From a bacterium (GTDB lineage Bacteria > Fidelibacterota > Fidelibacteria > Fidelibacterales > Fidelibacteraceae): DNA of 64,000 bases. How positions within the stretch are numbered: the stretch's first letter is position 1; every line of letters begins with the position of its first letter. The stretch lies in the NCBI GenBank assembly GCA_963676395.1, contig OY781066.1, positions 1,824,001-1,888,000 of the forward strand, read 5' to 3'. Positions 49,757 through 60,130 of this stretch are shown one piece after another. The position numbers and the translations under genes were made by a program. The notes beneath the pieces are model-generated. The model saw only the letters and a list, made by a program, of their open reading frames with translations, was not told the DNA's origin and did not search any database.

Positions 49757-50239
49757 ATGAAAAAGTCATGGATTTTTAGCATTCTTGCTATGATACTTTT
49801 AACAGCATGCATTTTTATTCCCCGTGATGAGAATTTGTCGAGTGGCATGTTCAAGTTAACCGATATGGAAGGTAATTACACAACGACCTTTAAAAGCGGT
49901 GATAATTTTTATATGAAGTTTTGTCTAGTAAATACAACGGTGGATACACAAGATTATGACTTATCCAATTCGGGTCCGGCTGTTAAATTTTACATTTATC
50001 AAGATGGTCAATATATTACGAGCAGTATTGATGGTTTTGACTTCCTTTCTGTTATTATTCCCAGAAAGCTGGCTCCTGGTGATACCATCCAAAGTAGCTG
50101 GTTGGCTCCAACACCTGCACACCAATCAACAATAAATGTGTTGTCACCGGGTAATTATGAAGCTCGTATAGAATTTCCGCATTTTGAGACATTTGAAACA
50201 GATACCATCACGGTTATTGATTTTACTGTAACCGAGTAA
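49757..50239 (+). CDS. Lipoprotein with Ig-like (BsuPI-like) fold, paralog 1
   Basis: Lipobox LTAC; aligns by eye with the next gene. Confidence 0.6.
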   Translation: MKKSWIFSILAMILLTACIFIPRDENLSSGMFKLTDMEGNYTTTFKSGDNFYMKFCLVNTTVDTQDYDLSNSGPAVKFYIYQDGQYITSSIDGFDFLSVIIPRKLAPGDTIQSSWLAPTPAHQSTINVLSPGNYEARIEFPHFETFETDTITVIDFTVTE

Positions 50240-50250
50240 AGGAGATAAAG

Positions 50251-50733
50251 ATGAGAAAGTCATTAATTCTATTGTTTCTTGTACTGATCATACTTTCAGG
50301 ATGTGTTTTTAATCCTGCACAAATTCCTGATGCAAGTAATGTGTTTTTCCTAAGTGATACGCTTGGAAATTCTACGACAACATTCCAGGTGGGCGAAGAG
50401 TTTTACATGAATTTCAGGATGATCAATACTACCGACAGTTCGTTAACTTATACACTTTACGATAGCGGTCCTGAGGTCCGATTTTCAATACTTCGTGATA
50501 GCATTTATGTAGCAGGTTCAATGGACGGTTATGGTGTGCGTCTACCGGTATTTAATCGCGAACTTGCATCCGGAGATAGTATCGTGGGACAGTGGAAAGC
50601 TCCAACCACACCTGCTCAAGACCCCATAGTAACACTTGAAGCAGGTACTTATCTTGCTGTTCCTCAGTTTCCTGCAATACCCGAGTTACAAACCGAAACC
50701 ATCATGGCAATTAGTTTTACTATAGTGGAATAG
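50251..50733 (+). CDS. Lipoprotein with Ig-like (BsuPI-like) fold, paralog 2
   Basis: Lipobox LSGC; same length (160 aa) and motifs as the previous gene. Confidence 0.6.
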   Translation: MRKSLILLFLVLIILSGCVFNPAQIPDASNVFFLSDTLGNSTTTFQVGEEFYMNFRMINTTDSSLTYTLYDSGPEVRFSILRDSIYVAGSMDGYGVRLPVFNRELASGDSIVGQWKAPTTPAQDPIVTLEAGTYLAVPQFPAIPELQTETIMAISFTIVE

Positions 50734-50745
50734 AGCCTATTTTTC

Positions 50746-51510
50746 ATGAGGGAAAATTCAAAAATACTGCTACTATTTACTATATTGACTTTACTGGTCA
50801 TCGCTTGCTCCTATTTGCCTGAAGGAGTACATATTGATACGGCATTAAACTATCAAGAAACTCCAGAATATTTAAGCTTGGATTTAATATCATATGATTC
50901 TGATATTACCTTGCTGTTTTTGCCGGGTGGTTTGGTTGATCCTCATGCTTATCTTTCACTCATGCAAAGAATCGCTTTAGATAGCATTAATGTTGTGATC
51001 CCTAAATTTACTTCCAATCTTGCGATATTTGAATTGTCTAAATATGAATCACTTCTTGATATTTATCCCCATACCGGTTTTTTGTATATATCGGGACATT
51101 CTTTAGGAGGTATAGCCGCCTTGAGCGCGGTGGCGGAAAGTCCGAATAATTTTGAAGGTTTGATTTTACTGGGTACTTATCCTAGTGAGGCTTTCGCAAT
51201 TTCCGATTGGGATCATTCGGTTCTTTCCCTCTATGCTGAAAATGATAGTTTATCCACTTCTGCCGAAGTTTTGGGCGCTTCAGCATTCTTGCCAGAAAAA
51301 GAGATACTCAGCAATGTCAATAGTTTAGATACTCTATCTGCTGGATCTGCGAAAACCTTTTACTATTTAATTAGTGGAGGCAATCACGCACAATTTGGTG
51401 ATTACGGTGTGCAACGTGGAGATGGAGTTCCAAGCATAAGTGTTGAAGAACAGCATCAACAAATCCATGCGGCGATCATGAAATTCATCAGGTGGGATCG
51501 CAGTGAGTAA
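50746..51510 (+). CDS. Alpha/beta hydrolase lipoprotein
   Basis: PGGLVDP.AY, GHSLGG, GGNHAQFGDYG.Q.GDG. Confidence 0.88.
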   Translation: MRENSKILLLFTILTLLVIACSYLPEGVHIDTALNYQETPEYLSLDLISYDSDITLLFLPGGLVDPHAYLSLMQRIALDSINVVIPKFTSNLAIFELSKYESLLDIYPHTGFLYISGHSLGGIAALSAVAESPNNFEGLILLGTYPSEAFAISDWDHSVLSLYAENDSLSTSAEVLGASAFLPEKEILSNVNSLDTLSAGSAKTFYYLISGGNHAQFGDYGVQRGDGVPSISVEEQHQQIHAAIMKFIRWDRSE

Positions 51511-52003
51511 ATTTAAACGTAAATATCTGATTTGTTTTGTTCTATTGGTTCTTGTGACTATGTCATATGCTCAAGAATTTGATTTAAAAGTCTCAACAAT
51601 TCAGGGAATCAGGTATAATTCCATTTGGGATACTTATCCCGGAGGCATAGAAATTACAGCGGCATATCGGTCATCTGATACAATATTCGATTATAGCTTT
51701 GGAATGTCTGCAAGAACGGTGCAGTGGGGGACTCAGGTCTCAATTTTATCTGAATTATCATATTCGCTTTTTGATAACTTAAGAATTGGACTTGAAGTAC
51801 AAAATGGTTTAGCTCTATTTTACACATCACCTTTGTATGTCTATTCTATCGGCATGAATACAGACCTAATATTACTTAAGCTCAATAAAGCTGTTATTGG
51901 GGCAAGACTGGGTCTTAGATTTACTCATTGTCCTAAATACCTCAATTATGGAGCGATCAATTGTATTCTTGACATACCGATCGGGTTATTTATATCATTT
52001 TAA
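51503..52003 (+). CDS. Hypothetical exported protein, possible small beta-barrel
   Basis: Signal peptide, alternating hydrophobic strands, terminal Phe; GTG start overlaps previous stop. Confidence 0.55.
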   Translation: MSKFKRKYLICFVLLVLVTMSYAQEFDLKVSTIQGIRYNSIWDTYPGGIEITAAYRSSDTIFDYSFGMSARTVQWGTQVSILSELSYSLFDNLRIGLEVQNGLALFYTSPLYVYSIGMNTDLILLKLNKAVIGARLGLRFTHCPKYLNYGAINCILDIPIGLFISF

Positions 52004-52091
52004 GGTCGTTTACAAGCAGGTTTTAGGGATTGCGGAATGAAACAGAATTCAACTGAATCCGTTGAATTTGTTGCCTGAAAAAGGGAATATA

Positions 52092-52551
52092 ATGGCAAAA
52101 AGAAGTAAAAAACTATTGAAGTCGTACAAAAGGCGGAAGAAAAACACGATATAGAAAAAATCACAAAAGATCCCAAAGCACCTTTGTTGTATCGAAGGAA
52201 TTCTATTCAGTTTAACTGTATTGTTTTTACTGCTTTCCCGGGCTCAATCCTTGTGGCAATTAATCTATTTCAACTCAAGAAAAAGCCGCCGCTTTATGGG
52301 AAATGTTGCTTGGTATTTTATATTCGGGATTGTCGGTTTGGATTATTTTGGCAGCCTTTAAAACTCTGGAAAAAGGTTTGATTCTTGTTGTGCTGGCTAT
52401 CGGTTTAATGGGTCATATTGTTCTTGATAAGTTATTTTGGAAATATAATGCCAAAGGCATTGAATTTTGCAAGTGACCTGTTTTACCCACTTTTTTTTTA
52501 CTATTGATTATTTCTGCTATTGTTATTATTGTTCTTTCTATCAATAAATAG
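52092..52551 (+). pseudogene. Disrupted small membrane-protein gene
   Basis: A continuous membrane protein can be rebuilt with frameshifts in A runs near 52110 and 52282 and read-through of TGA at 52474. Confidence 0.6.
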
Positions 52552-52562
52552 GATAATGATTT

Positions 52563-53126
52563 ATGGAATATTATAAAAAAACATTTACGAATATCGATTT
52601 TTCCCAAGAAGGGTTAGGCGCAGGCGAGTTTGAGTCTTGCACTTTTAATCAATGTAATTTGTCTTCACTTTTACTCGCCGAATGTCGTTTCATTGACAGT
52701 GAATTTATTGATTGTGACCTTTCTAATGCTAATCTATCACTAAGTTCTTTTCAGGAAACTGCTTTTATACGTTGTAAGATGTTGGGTCTTAATTTTAATG
52801 ATTGTAATTCCTTTGCATTTTCGGTTGAATTTCATGAATGCCAACTTGATCATACTTCGTTTTTTAAGATGGATCTACAATCCTGTTCTTTTGATCATTG
52901 TCATCTTGAAGATGTAGATTTTTCAGAGGCTAATTTAAAAAAAGTAGATGTGATCGCCTGTGAACTAAAAGAAGCTCGTTTTGATCACAGTAAACTCGAA
53001 AAAGCTGATTTCAGAGGGAGTGAAAATTATTCTATTGACCCTGAGAATAATATGGTTCAAGGAGCTAAGTTTTCACGATTGAGTGTTGTGGGGCTTCTTG
53101 ATAAATATGATCTAATAATTGAATAA
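52563..53126 (+). CDS. Pentapeptide-repeat protein (McbG/Qnr/MfpA superfamily)
   Basis: Repeats such as CTFNQ-CNLSS, CRFID-SEFID-CDLSN-ANLSL. Confidence 0.9.
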   Translation: MEYYKKTFTNIDFSQEGLGAGEFESCTFNQCNLSSLLLAECRFIDSEFIDCDLSNANLSLSSFQETAFIRCKMLGLNFNDCNSFAFSVEFHECQLDHTSFFKMDLQSCSFDHCHLEDVDFSEANLKKVDVIACELKEARFDHSKLEKADFRGSENYSIDPENNMVQGAKFSRLSVVGLLDKYDLIIE

Positions 53127-53134
53127 GGAGACCT

Positions 53135-53794
53135 ATGCTTAAGTCATCAACAATAAAGCTCCAACAAACTGCAAAGCACGAATGGCGCAAACATGAAAAG
53201 CGCTATTATCTGCCCAAGAATACCCCTGAGTTAGTAGATATTCCCGAATTTGGTTTTTATACTATTTCAGGTGAGGGTAATCCGAATTCTGATGAATTTT
53301 CAGATTATATTCAAGCTCTATATGCGGCATCCTATGCCGTGCGTATGAGTCCCAAAAAAAATATGGCACCTATAGCATATTATGATTATACAGTTTATCC
53401 ATTGGAAGGTGTCTGGGATCTTTCTGAAAAAGGCCGGGAAAATTACAATGGCGTGATTGATAAAGATGAATTGGTATTTACATTAATGATTCGTCAGCCG
53501 GATTTTCTTGCTGAAAAAGATGCTATACGGCTTCTTGATTGGGCAAAACAAAATAAGGATGCGAAGCTTTTATCCGAGGTTAAATATCAACGTTCACAAG
53601 AAGGAGTATGCGTGCAAATGATGCATTTGGGCTCTTACGATGATGAACCGGGTTCCTTTGCTCAAATGGAAGCGTTTGCTAAAGATCAAGGACTCGTACG
53701 TTTAAGTAAAGTTCACCGTGAGATCTATTTAAATGATGCTCGTAAGACAACTCCTGAAAAATTAAAGACCGTGCTACGATTTAAGATCACTTAA
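53135..53794 (+). CDS. GyrI-like small-molecule-binding protein
   Basis: G.GNPN, VYPLEG.W, MIRQPDF, EG.CVQMMHLGSYDDE, HREIYL.D. Confidence 0.85.
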   Translation: MLKSSTIKLQQTAKHEWRKHEKRYYLPKNTPELVDIPEFGFYTISGEGNPNSDEFSDYIQALYAASYAVRMSPKKNMAPIAYYDYTVYPLEGVWDLSEKGRENYNGVIDKDELVFTLMIRQPDFLAEKDAIRLLDWAKQNKDAKLLSEVKYQRSQEGVCVQMMHLGSYDDEPGSFAQMEAFAKDQGLVRLSKVHREIYLNDARKTTPEKLKTVLRFKIT

Positions 53795-54075
53795 CGATTC
53801 TTGTTGAGATATTGTATATTTGGGTAAATGATAAAAATATCTCCAAAGAAGATGATTATCGGAACGTTATCATTGTTTTTGTTTGTTGTTATGATTTTCC
53901 TTAAAAACTTTATTCGACTAAGCAATCGGGTAATGATGTGATTTATCGGATCAAAGAACATATTTCGTAGAATAAAAGTTTATTGGATATTGTGGATATA
54001 TATAAATACTTGATATTTGAAACTATTGTTGTATATTGGAACAGGGTTTATACAAAATAATGACTGGGAGGTTGT

Positions 54076-54453
54076 ATGAGTTTTACTATTTCCCTTGATC
54101 ATGATAACAAGCTTGTTCGTTATAGGCATAGCGGTAATCTGAAGATGGAAGATATAGGTATGGCGTGGGATAATTTTCTTAATATGAAAGAATTTGTTCA
54201 TGAGAAATACAATTTACTTTCAGATTACCGAGACGCTGTGTTCGATATGGATATTGACGAAGCATACAAAATTATTTCTATTCTCGATAGTATGGGAAGT
54301 ACTTTAGATGATAAAAAACAAAGCATTATTGTCAAGGATCCCTATTCTACAGCCGGATCGATTTTGTTTGAGCAATTATCACGACAACAACTGAACTTTA
54401 AAATTAAGATATTTTCCACGGAAAAAGCTGCTTTAGAGTGGTTACTAAAATAA
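54076..54453 (+). CDS. Hypothetical protein, STAS/SpoIIAA-like fold
   Basis: GGGAGG RBS; LLSDYRDA and KIFSTEKAALEWL motifs. Confidence 0.65.
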   Translation: MSFTISLDHDNKLVRYRHSGNLKMEDIGMAWDNFLNMKEFVHEKYNLLSDYRDAVFDMDIDEAYKIISILDSMGSTLDDKKQSIIVKDPYSTAGSILFEQLSRQQLNFKIKIFSTEKAALEWLLK

Positions 54454-54716
54454 TTTAAATAAAAGAAAATATAAGTCTCTGATAATTAATTTCATATAAA
54501 AGATAAAAAACACTCAAGGTTGAAATAATTCTTGCTGAAAGCAAGAAATGCATTATATATTCGTACTGAAATTTGGGACGAAACAGTTGTTAACGAAAGC
54601 CTTCCGGTTTTCATATTTTAGAACAATACAAGTAAGGAAGAAAAGTTTACTATTATATTAAATCGGTATAATTGAAAACTATTTTTGTATGCTTTGATTT
54701 TTGTAAGGAAAGAGAA

Positions 54717-55622
54717 ATGTTAGGATGGATTTTATATCGCAAATCTCAGGAAAATTTGCCTCCTGAAGCTTATGAAGTGCGACGGATGATTGAAGTTGCA
54801 AAAGAACATGATATTGAATTAAGGGTTTTAACTCCCGAGCAGATAGATATTATCGTTACGCGTGAAGATCGAAAGAGTATTTTAGTGGATAATGTTCCTA
54901 CGGCTTTGCCTGATTTTATTATCCCAAGAATGGGTGCCGGTACAACATATTTTGCATTGGCGGTTATACGACATTTAGAAAGACTTGGCGTATATTGCGT
55001 TAATTCCTCTCAGAGCATTGATACGGTGAAAGATAAATTGTACACTTTACAGATCCTTGCCGAATCGAATTTACCAATTCCCAAAACTATTTTATTGAAA
55101 TTTCCCGTTGAATCTGAAATTGTTACGAAACATTTAAGTTTTCCTGTGATAGTTAAAACTCTTTCCGGCTCTCAGGGGGCAGGAGTATTTTTAAGTCCCG
55201 ATAAAAATTCTTTTAAAGATCTAACCGAGTTGATTTACTCCACTAATAAAAGTGCTAACTTGATCTTGCAGGAATATATCGGGCACAGCAAAGGTAGAGA
55301 TCTGAGAGTTTTTACCGTAGGTGGGCGTGTTGTAGCTGCAATGGAAAGGATAGCCAAAGACGGTAACTTTAAAGCGAATTTCAGTATAGGTGGAGATGTT
55401 CAAGCATACGAAGTGACACCTGAACTGGAGTGGGTCGTCTTAGAAATATCAAGATTGTTAAACTTGGATATTGCAGGTGTTGACCTGTTATTTGATGAAG
55501 ATGGTTTTAAGATATGTGAAGTGAATTCTTCTCCCGGGTGGCAGGGACTTGAAAAATGTAATGATGTAGATGTTGCCAGTGAGATATTTAATTTTATTAA
55601 CATCAGATTGAAGAAATTTTAA
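54717..55622 (+). CDS. RimK-family ATP-grasp alpha-L-glutamate ligase
   Basis: IIPRMGA, DKL, PVIVK..GSQG.GV, QEYI, DLRV, EVNSSPG. Start at internal Met. Confidence 0.9.
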   Translation: MLGWILYRKSQENLPPEAYEVRRMIEVAKEHDIELRVLTPEQIDIIVTREDRKSILVDNVPTALPDFIIPRMGAGTTYFALAVIRHLERLGVYCVNSSQSIDTVKDKLYTLQILAESNLPIPKTILLKFPVESEIVTKHLSFPVIVKTLSGSQGAGVFLSPDKNSFKDLTELIYSTNKSANLILQEYIGHSKGRDLRVFTVGGRVVAAMERIAKDGNFKANFSIGGDVQAYEVTPELEWVVLEISRLLNLDIAGVDLLFDEDGFKICEVNSSPGWQGLEKCNDVDVASEIFNFINIRLKKF

Positions 55623-55731
55623 TTATTTTAAGCCGCTCTTCAATGTGCGGAGAGATTAAAAATTTATAAGCTTCTTTGCATCTATGCTCTTCCTTATTAT
55701 ATTTTTTTACTGGAAATATGAAAGGAAAATA

Positions 55732-56157
55732 ATGAAAATATTAGTCTTATGTACAGGTAATTCATGTCGATCACAAATGGCTGAAGGCTTTTTAAGATCT
55801 TTTGATCAACGAATAGATGTATATTCCGCAGGTACCGAAGCCTCGGGCAAAATTAATCAAGATGCTGTAAAAGCTATGGCTGAAATAGGTATTGATATTT
55901 CAAATTATACCTCTGATCCCGTTAATTTATATTTGAATGATGAATGGGATTATGTGATCACTGTCTGTGGTGGTGCCAATGAGAACTGTCCGGCATTTTT
56001 AGGCAACGTCAAACACAGACTTCACATGGGCTATGATGATCCCTCATTCGCCAAAGGCAACGAAGAGTTTATCTGGAGCGAGTACCGTCGTGTAAGAGAT
56101 GAGATCAAGGTCGGGTTTGAAAAATTATATAAAGAAGAGATCCTGCCACAGATGTAG
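55732..56157 (+). CDS. arsC: Thioredoxin-type arsenate reductase (LMW-PTP fold)
   Basis: LCTGNSCRSQMAEG, TVC...CP, DDP, RRVRDEI. Confidence 0.88.
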   Translation: MKILVLCTGNSCRSQMAEGFLRSFDQRIDVYSAGTEASGKINQDAVKAMAEIGIDISNYTSDPVNLYLNDEWDYVITVCGGANENCPAFLGNVKHRLHMGYDDPSFAKGNEEFIWSEYRRVRDEIKVGFEKLYKEEILPQM

Positions 56158-56491
56158 GTGGAATCTAAGTTTTTAATATTTGTTAAGCTCAATTATAAAG
56201 ATGGGCTCTCAGACTGTTAAGTTAATATTATGATATTAAACAGCTATTCCTCAATCTACAAAGCTTCATAAAAGCATCCAACACTCATAACTAATAATTC
56301 ACAATTCATAATTGATAAGCAAGAAATTGTATCTTGTCACTAACTTCTTATCCCATAAGCTGTTATTTTCTTTGTCTATGAATAAAAGTCCTTGCAAATC
56401 CAAGCATTCTTTGTATATATTTGGTGCTTTTTTGTAGTCCCGGAAGACAGAACAAAAAAGAATATGCTAAAAACAGAAAAAGGAGTTAAAG

Positions 56492-56923
56492 TTGAGCACT
56501 TTCTCAGCGAAACCAACAGACATCAAACATGAGTGGTATATTGTTGATGCCGAAGATGTAGTTCTCGGTCGTCTTGCTTCTCAAGTTGCACAGATTCTGC
56601 GTGGTAAACACAAACCCATTTATACTCCGCATATGGATACAGGCGACTTTGTTGTTGTTATCAATGCGGATAAAGTTCGTTTAACCGGTAACAAGGCAGA
56701 AGCAAAAAGCTATTTTCGCCATACAGGACATCCGGGCGGACAACGTCACACATCTTATAAAGAATTGATGGAAAAGAAACCCGAAGAAGTTGTAACCAAA
56801 GCCGTTAAAGGTATGGTTCCTCATAACCGTTTGGGCCGTCAGATTATGAAAAAATTGAAAGTGTATGCGGGAACAGCACACCCTCATGATGCACAGCAAC
56901 CTAAACCCCTGGTTATTAAATAG
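56492..56923 (+). CDS. rplM: 50S ribosomal protein L13
   Basis: WYIVDA...LGRLAS...[15 protein letters not shown] start after AAGGAG. Confidence 0.98.
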   Translation: MSTFSAKPTDIKHEWYIVDAEDVVLGRLASQVAQILRGKHKPIYTPHMDTGDFVVVINADKVRLTGNKAEAKSYFRHTGHPGGQRHTSYKELMEKKPEEVVTKAVKGMVPHNRLGRQIMKKLKVYAGTAHPHDAQQPKPLVIK

Positions 56924-56933
56924 GAGTTAAAAC

Positions 56934-57332
56934 ATGGCAAACGTAAAGCACGAAAACATTACTGTCGGCCGTCGTAAATCCTCCGTAGCTAGAGTGATCG
57001 CTCGACCGGGCACAGGTAAAATTATTGTAAATAAACGTGATATGGGCGACTATTTTGGTCGCGAAACCTACTCAATGGTTATTCGTCAACCCCTCGAATT
57101 GACAAAGATGGATGGAAAATATGATTTCTTCGTCAATGTTCGTGGCGGTGGTTTGACCGGTCAGGCCGGCGCTGTTCGCCTCGGTATCAGCCGTTCATTG
57201 ATCGCGATGCACCCCGACCTACGTCCTGAATTAAAGGCGGCCGGGTTCTTAACTCGCGATTCACGTAAAGTCGAACGTAAGAAATACGGTCTACGCGGCG
57301 CTCGTCGTGCATTCCAGTTCTCGAAACGTTAA
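56934..57332 (+). CDS. rpsI: 30S ribosomal protein S9
   Basis: [26 protein letters not shown]...QFSKR. Confidence 0.98.
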   Translation: MANVKHENITVGRRKSSVARVIARPGTGKIIVNKRDMGDYFGRETYSMVIRQPLELTKMDGKYDFFVNVRGGGLTGQAGAVRLGISRSLIAMHPDLRPELKAAGFLTRDSRKVERKKYGLRGARRAFQFSKR

Positions 57333-57356
57333 ACCAATTATCGGAGTATCGAATAC

Positions 57357-58097
57357 ATGGAAAATATTACCATTGAAAATTTGATCAGTGCCGGCGCTCA
57401 TTTTGGTCATTTGACTTCCAAATGGAATCCCAAAATGAAAAAATACGTTTTTATGGAAAAAAACGGTATTCATGTCATTGATCTTGAACAAACATTAAAA
57501 GCTCTTGAAAAAGCAAATAAATTTGTTGGCGATATCGTACGCAACGGTGGAGAAATCCTTTTCGTAGGTACTAAAAAACAAGCCAAAAACGTTCTTGAAG
57601 ATGAAGCCATTCGCTGCGGCGCTCATTACATTACCGAACGCTGGTTGGGTGGAGCTTTAACGAACTTCCAGACAATCCGTCGTTCTATTCGTCGTCTTGA
57701 ACAACTTCAACGCGAAGCTGAAAATGAAGATGCTTGGGCAAATTTGACCAAGAAAGAAGTTCTCGGACTTATGCGTGAACGCGAAAAACTTGAATTATTG
57801 CACCGCGGTATTCAGCATATGCGTCGTCTTCCCGATGCTATCTTTATCGTAGATACTATTGAAGAAAAGATCGCTGTTCATGAAGCACGCAAACTGGACA
57901 TTCCAATTATTGGTATCCTTGATACAAACGCGGACCCTGAAGTTGTTGATATTCCTATTCCCGCTAATGATGATTCTATTCGTGCCATCCACCTGATCAC
58001 AAAGACATTGGCTGACACTATTATGGAAGCAAAGCGTGGAAGCAAGAAACAAGCGAAAGCTCCTGCTGAAAAAGCTGAAGCTAAAGAACAAAAATAA
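57357..58097 (+). CDS. rpsB: 30S ribosomal protein S2
   Basis: AGAHFGH..WNPKM, RWLGG.LTN, IPANDD. Confidence 0.98.
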   Translation: MENITIENLISAGAHFGHLTSKWNPKMKKYVFMEKNGIHVIDLEQTLKALEKANKFVGDIVRNGGEILFVGTKKQAKNVLEDEAIRCGAHYITERWLGGALTNFQTIRRSIRRLEQLQREAENEDAWANLTKKEVLGLMREREKLELLHRGIQHMRRLPDAIFIVDTIEEKIAVHEARKLDIPIIGILDTNADPEVVDIPIPANDDSIRAIHLITKTLADTIMEAKRGSKKQAKAPAEKAEAKEQK

Positions 58098-58124
58098 GAA
58101 AAGTAATACAAGGAACTTACGAAT

Positions 58125-58748
58125 ATGGCAATTACCGCAGCAATCGTTAAAGAGTTACGTGATAAAACCGGCGCAGGCATGATGGACTGTAAAAAAGCCT
58201 TGATCGAAACAGATGGCGATATTACAAAAGCCGTCGATCTACTTCGTGCAAAAGGTATTGCAAAAGCCGAGAAAAAAGCCGGCCGTGCAGCTAAAGAAGG
58301 TATTATCTATTCATACATACATCCCACAGGTCAAAACTTGGGTGTTTTGGTTGAGATCAACTGCGAAACAGATTTCGTTGCAGCTACAGATGACTTTAAA
58401 AAATTCGCAAAAGATATTGCTATGCAGATCGCCGCAATGGCACCTGTAGCAGTTAAACGCGAAGATGTCTCCGCAGATGTTATCGAACGTGAAAAAGCTG
58501 TTTACAAAGAACAAGTTCTCAACGAAGGTAAACCGGAACACATTGCTGAACGCATTATCACCGGTAAATTAGATAAATTCTTTAAAGAAAATGTTCTTTT
58601 GGAACAAGAATTCTTTAAAGATACAGATAAAACAGTTGAAACTTACTTAAAGGAAACAATCGGCACATTAGGCGAAAATATCGCTATTGCTCGTTTTGCT
58701 CGCTTTAAAGTCGGCGAATCTGCAGCAAAATCTTCAGACGAAGAATGA
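58125..58748 (+). CDS. tsf: Elongation factor Ts (short form)
   Basis: VKELRDKTGAGMMDCKKAL, EINCETDFVA. Confidence 0.98.
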   Translation: MAITAAIVKELRDKTGAGMMDCKKALIETDGDITKAVDLLRAKGIAKAEKKAGRAAKEGIIYSYIHPTGQNLGVLVEINCETDFVAATDDFKKFAKDIAMQIAAMAPVAVKREDVSADVIEREKAVYKEQVLNEGKPEHIAERIITGKLDKFFKENVLLEQEFFKDTDKTVETYLKETIGTLGENIAIARFARFKVGESAAKSSDEE

Positions 58749-58776
58749 AGAGATTCGTGCTGGATGTGTATACTCA

Positions 58777-59481
58777 ATGAGTTATCATAGAATCCTGCTA
58801 AAATTAAGTGGTGAAGTACTTGGCGGCGTTAAAGGACACGGCATTGATCCTGACGCCGCTTTCTATTTTTCCCAAGAAGTAAAAAGTGCCTATGATAAAG
58901 GTGTTCAGATCGCTGTCGTTATTGGCGGTGGGAATATCTTTAGGGGTGCTAAAAATATGACATCAATTGATCGTGTTACCGGTGATCATATGGGAATGCT
59001 GGCAACGGTTATCAATGCTTTCGCTTTGCGTGATACTTTTGAAAAAGCCGGAATGCCAACTGTTGTGATGGTACCTGCAAACATCTCATCACTCACGGAA
59101 CATTTTGATCGTCAGCGAGCTATTTCCCTTCTTGAAAAAGGAAATATCGTGATATTTGCAGGCGGAACGGGGAATCCTTTTTTTACAACTGATTCTGCCG
59201 CTGCCTTAAGATCAAGTGAAATTGATGCGGATATTCTGCTGAAAGGCACAAAGGTCGATGGTGTTTATACAGCCGATCCTGAGCTTGATCCTTCGGCCAG
59301 CCGCTATGAAACGGTTTCATATGATGAAGCTATTGATAAAAAATTACGAGTGATGGACATGAGTGCCATGGCTCTTTGTCGCGATAATGCGATGCCCATT
59401 AAAGTCTTTGATTTTACCAAAGCCGGAGAATTGCTCCGATTGGTGTCCGGTGAATCCGTCGGCACCCTGATCAACGAATAA
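58777..59481 (+). CDS. pyrH: UMP kinase
   Basis: RILLKLSGE, GGGNIFRG, GNPFFTTD. Start at internal Met. Confidence 0.97.
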   Translation: MSYHRILLKLSGEVLGGVKGHGIDPDAAFYFSQEVKSAYDKGVQIAVVIGGGNIFRGAKNMTSIDRVTGDHMGMLATVINAFALRDTFEKAGMPTVVMVPANISSLTEHFDRQRAISLLEKGNIVIFAGGTGNPFFTTDSAAALRSSEIDADILLKGTKVDGVYTADPELDPSASRYETVSYDEAIDKKLRVMDMSAMALCRDNAMPIKVFDFTKAGELLRLVSGESVGTLINE

Positions 59482-59497
59482 CATAAGGAGTTTGGCC

Positions 59498-60055
59498 ATG
59501 CAGAATGAAGTTTATTCATATTGTGAAGAACATATGGGAAAATCTTTAAAGCATTTAGATCATGAATACGCCAGTTTACGTACAGGCCGCGCAAACCCCT
59601 CATTACTTGATGGTGTGATGGTGGATTATTATGGTGCGCAAACACCTTTGGGACAAGCTGCAACTATTTCGGTGCCCGAAGCTCGTTTGCTGGTTATCCA
59701 ACCTTGGGATAAATCTCTCCTGCCTGCGGCAGAGAAAGCTATTCAAGCCGCAAATTTAGGTTTGAATCCCATTAATGACGGTAGCGTTATTCGCGTACCT
59801 ATACCTGCAATGACAGATGACCGTCGCAAAGAATTAGTGAAGATCGTTCATGGAATGGCGGAAGATGCACGTATTTCTGTACGTAATGTTCGCCGCGATG
59901 CAAACGATCAAATTAAAAAACTAGAAAAAAACAAAGACATCTCAGAAGATAATTCAAAAGATGCTCTAGTTGAAATTCAAAAGATCACCGATAAGTACGT
60001 CGATAAGATTAAAGAAGCTCAGGATAAAAAAGAAGAAGAGATTTTATCCGAATAA
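59498..60055 (+). CDS. frr: Ribosome recycling factor
   Basis: RTGRANP, VDYYG, IQPWD, RNVRRD. Confidence 0.97.
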   Translation: MQNEVYSYCEEHMGKSLKHLDHEYASLRTGRANPSLLDGVMVDYYGAQTPLGQAATISVPEARLLVIQPWDKSLLPAAEKAIQAANLGLNPINDGSVIRVPIPAMTDDRRKELVKIVHGMAEDARISVRNVRRDANDQIKKLEKNKDISEDNSKDALVEIQKITDKYVDKIKEAQDKKEEEILSE

Positions 60056-60102
60056 ACACTTAAGACGTTTGTCGTGAGCTGATGTAAATTGTAAAGATTG
60101 AT

Positions 60103-60130
60103 AAAAGGGCTGAACGTGTTCAGCCCTTTT
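60103..60130 (+). terminator. Terminator after frr
   Basis: AAAAGGGCTGAAC-GT-GTTCAGCCCTTTT. Confidence 0.85.

Noticed and set aside
52474..52476. Selenocysteine or recoded TGA
   Set aside because: It lies in a gene that also has two frameshifts, there is no redox motif, and TGA is a normal stop elsewhere (e.g. rfbF, tsf).
56283..56317. Degenerate heptamer tandem (ACTCATA/ATTCATA-like, five copies)
   Set aside because: Short and low-complexity, with no associated gene or function supportable.
26154..59663. Many short antisense or alternative-frame ORFs in the track (within lysF, nifJ, radA, rpsB, tsf, pyrH and others)
   Set aside because: Shadow ORFs of well-supported genes.
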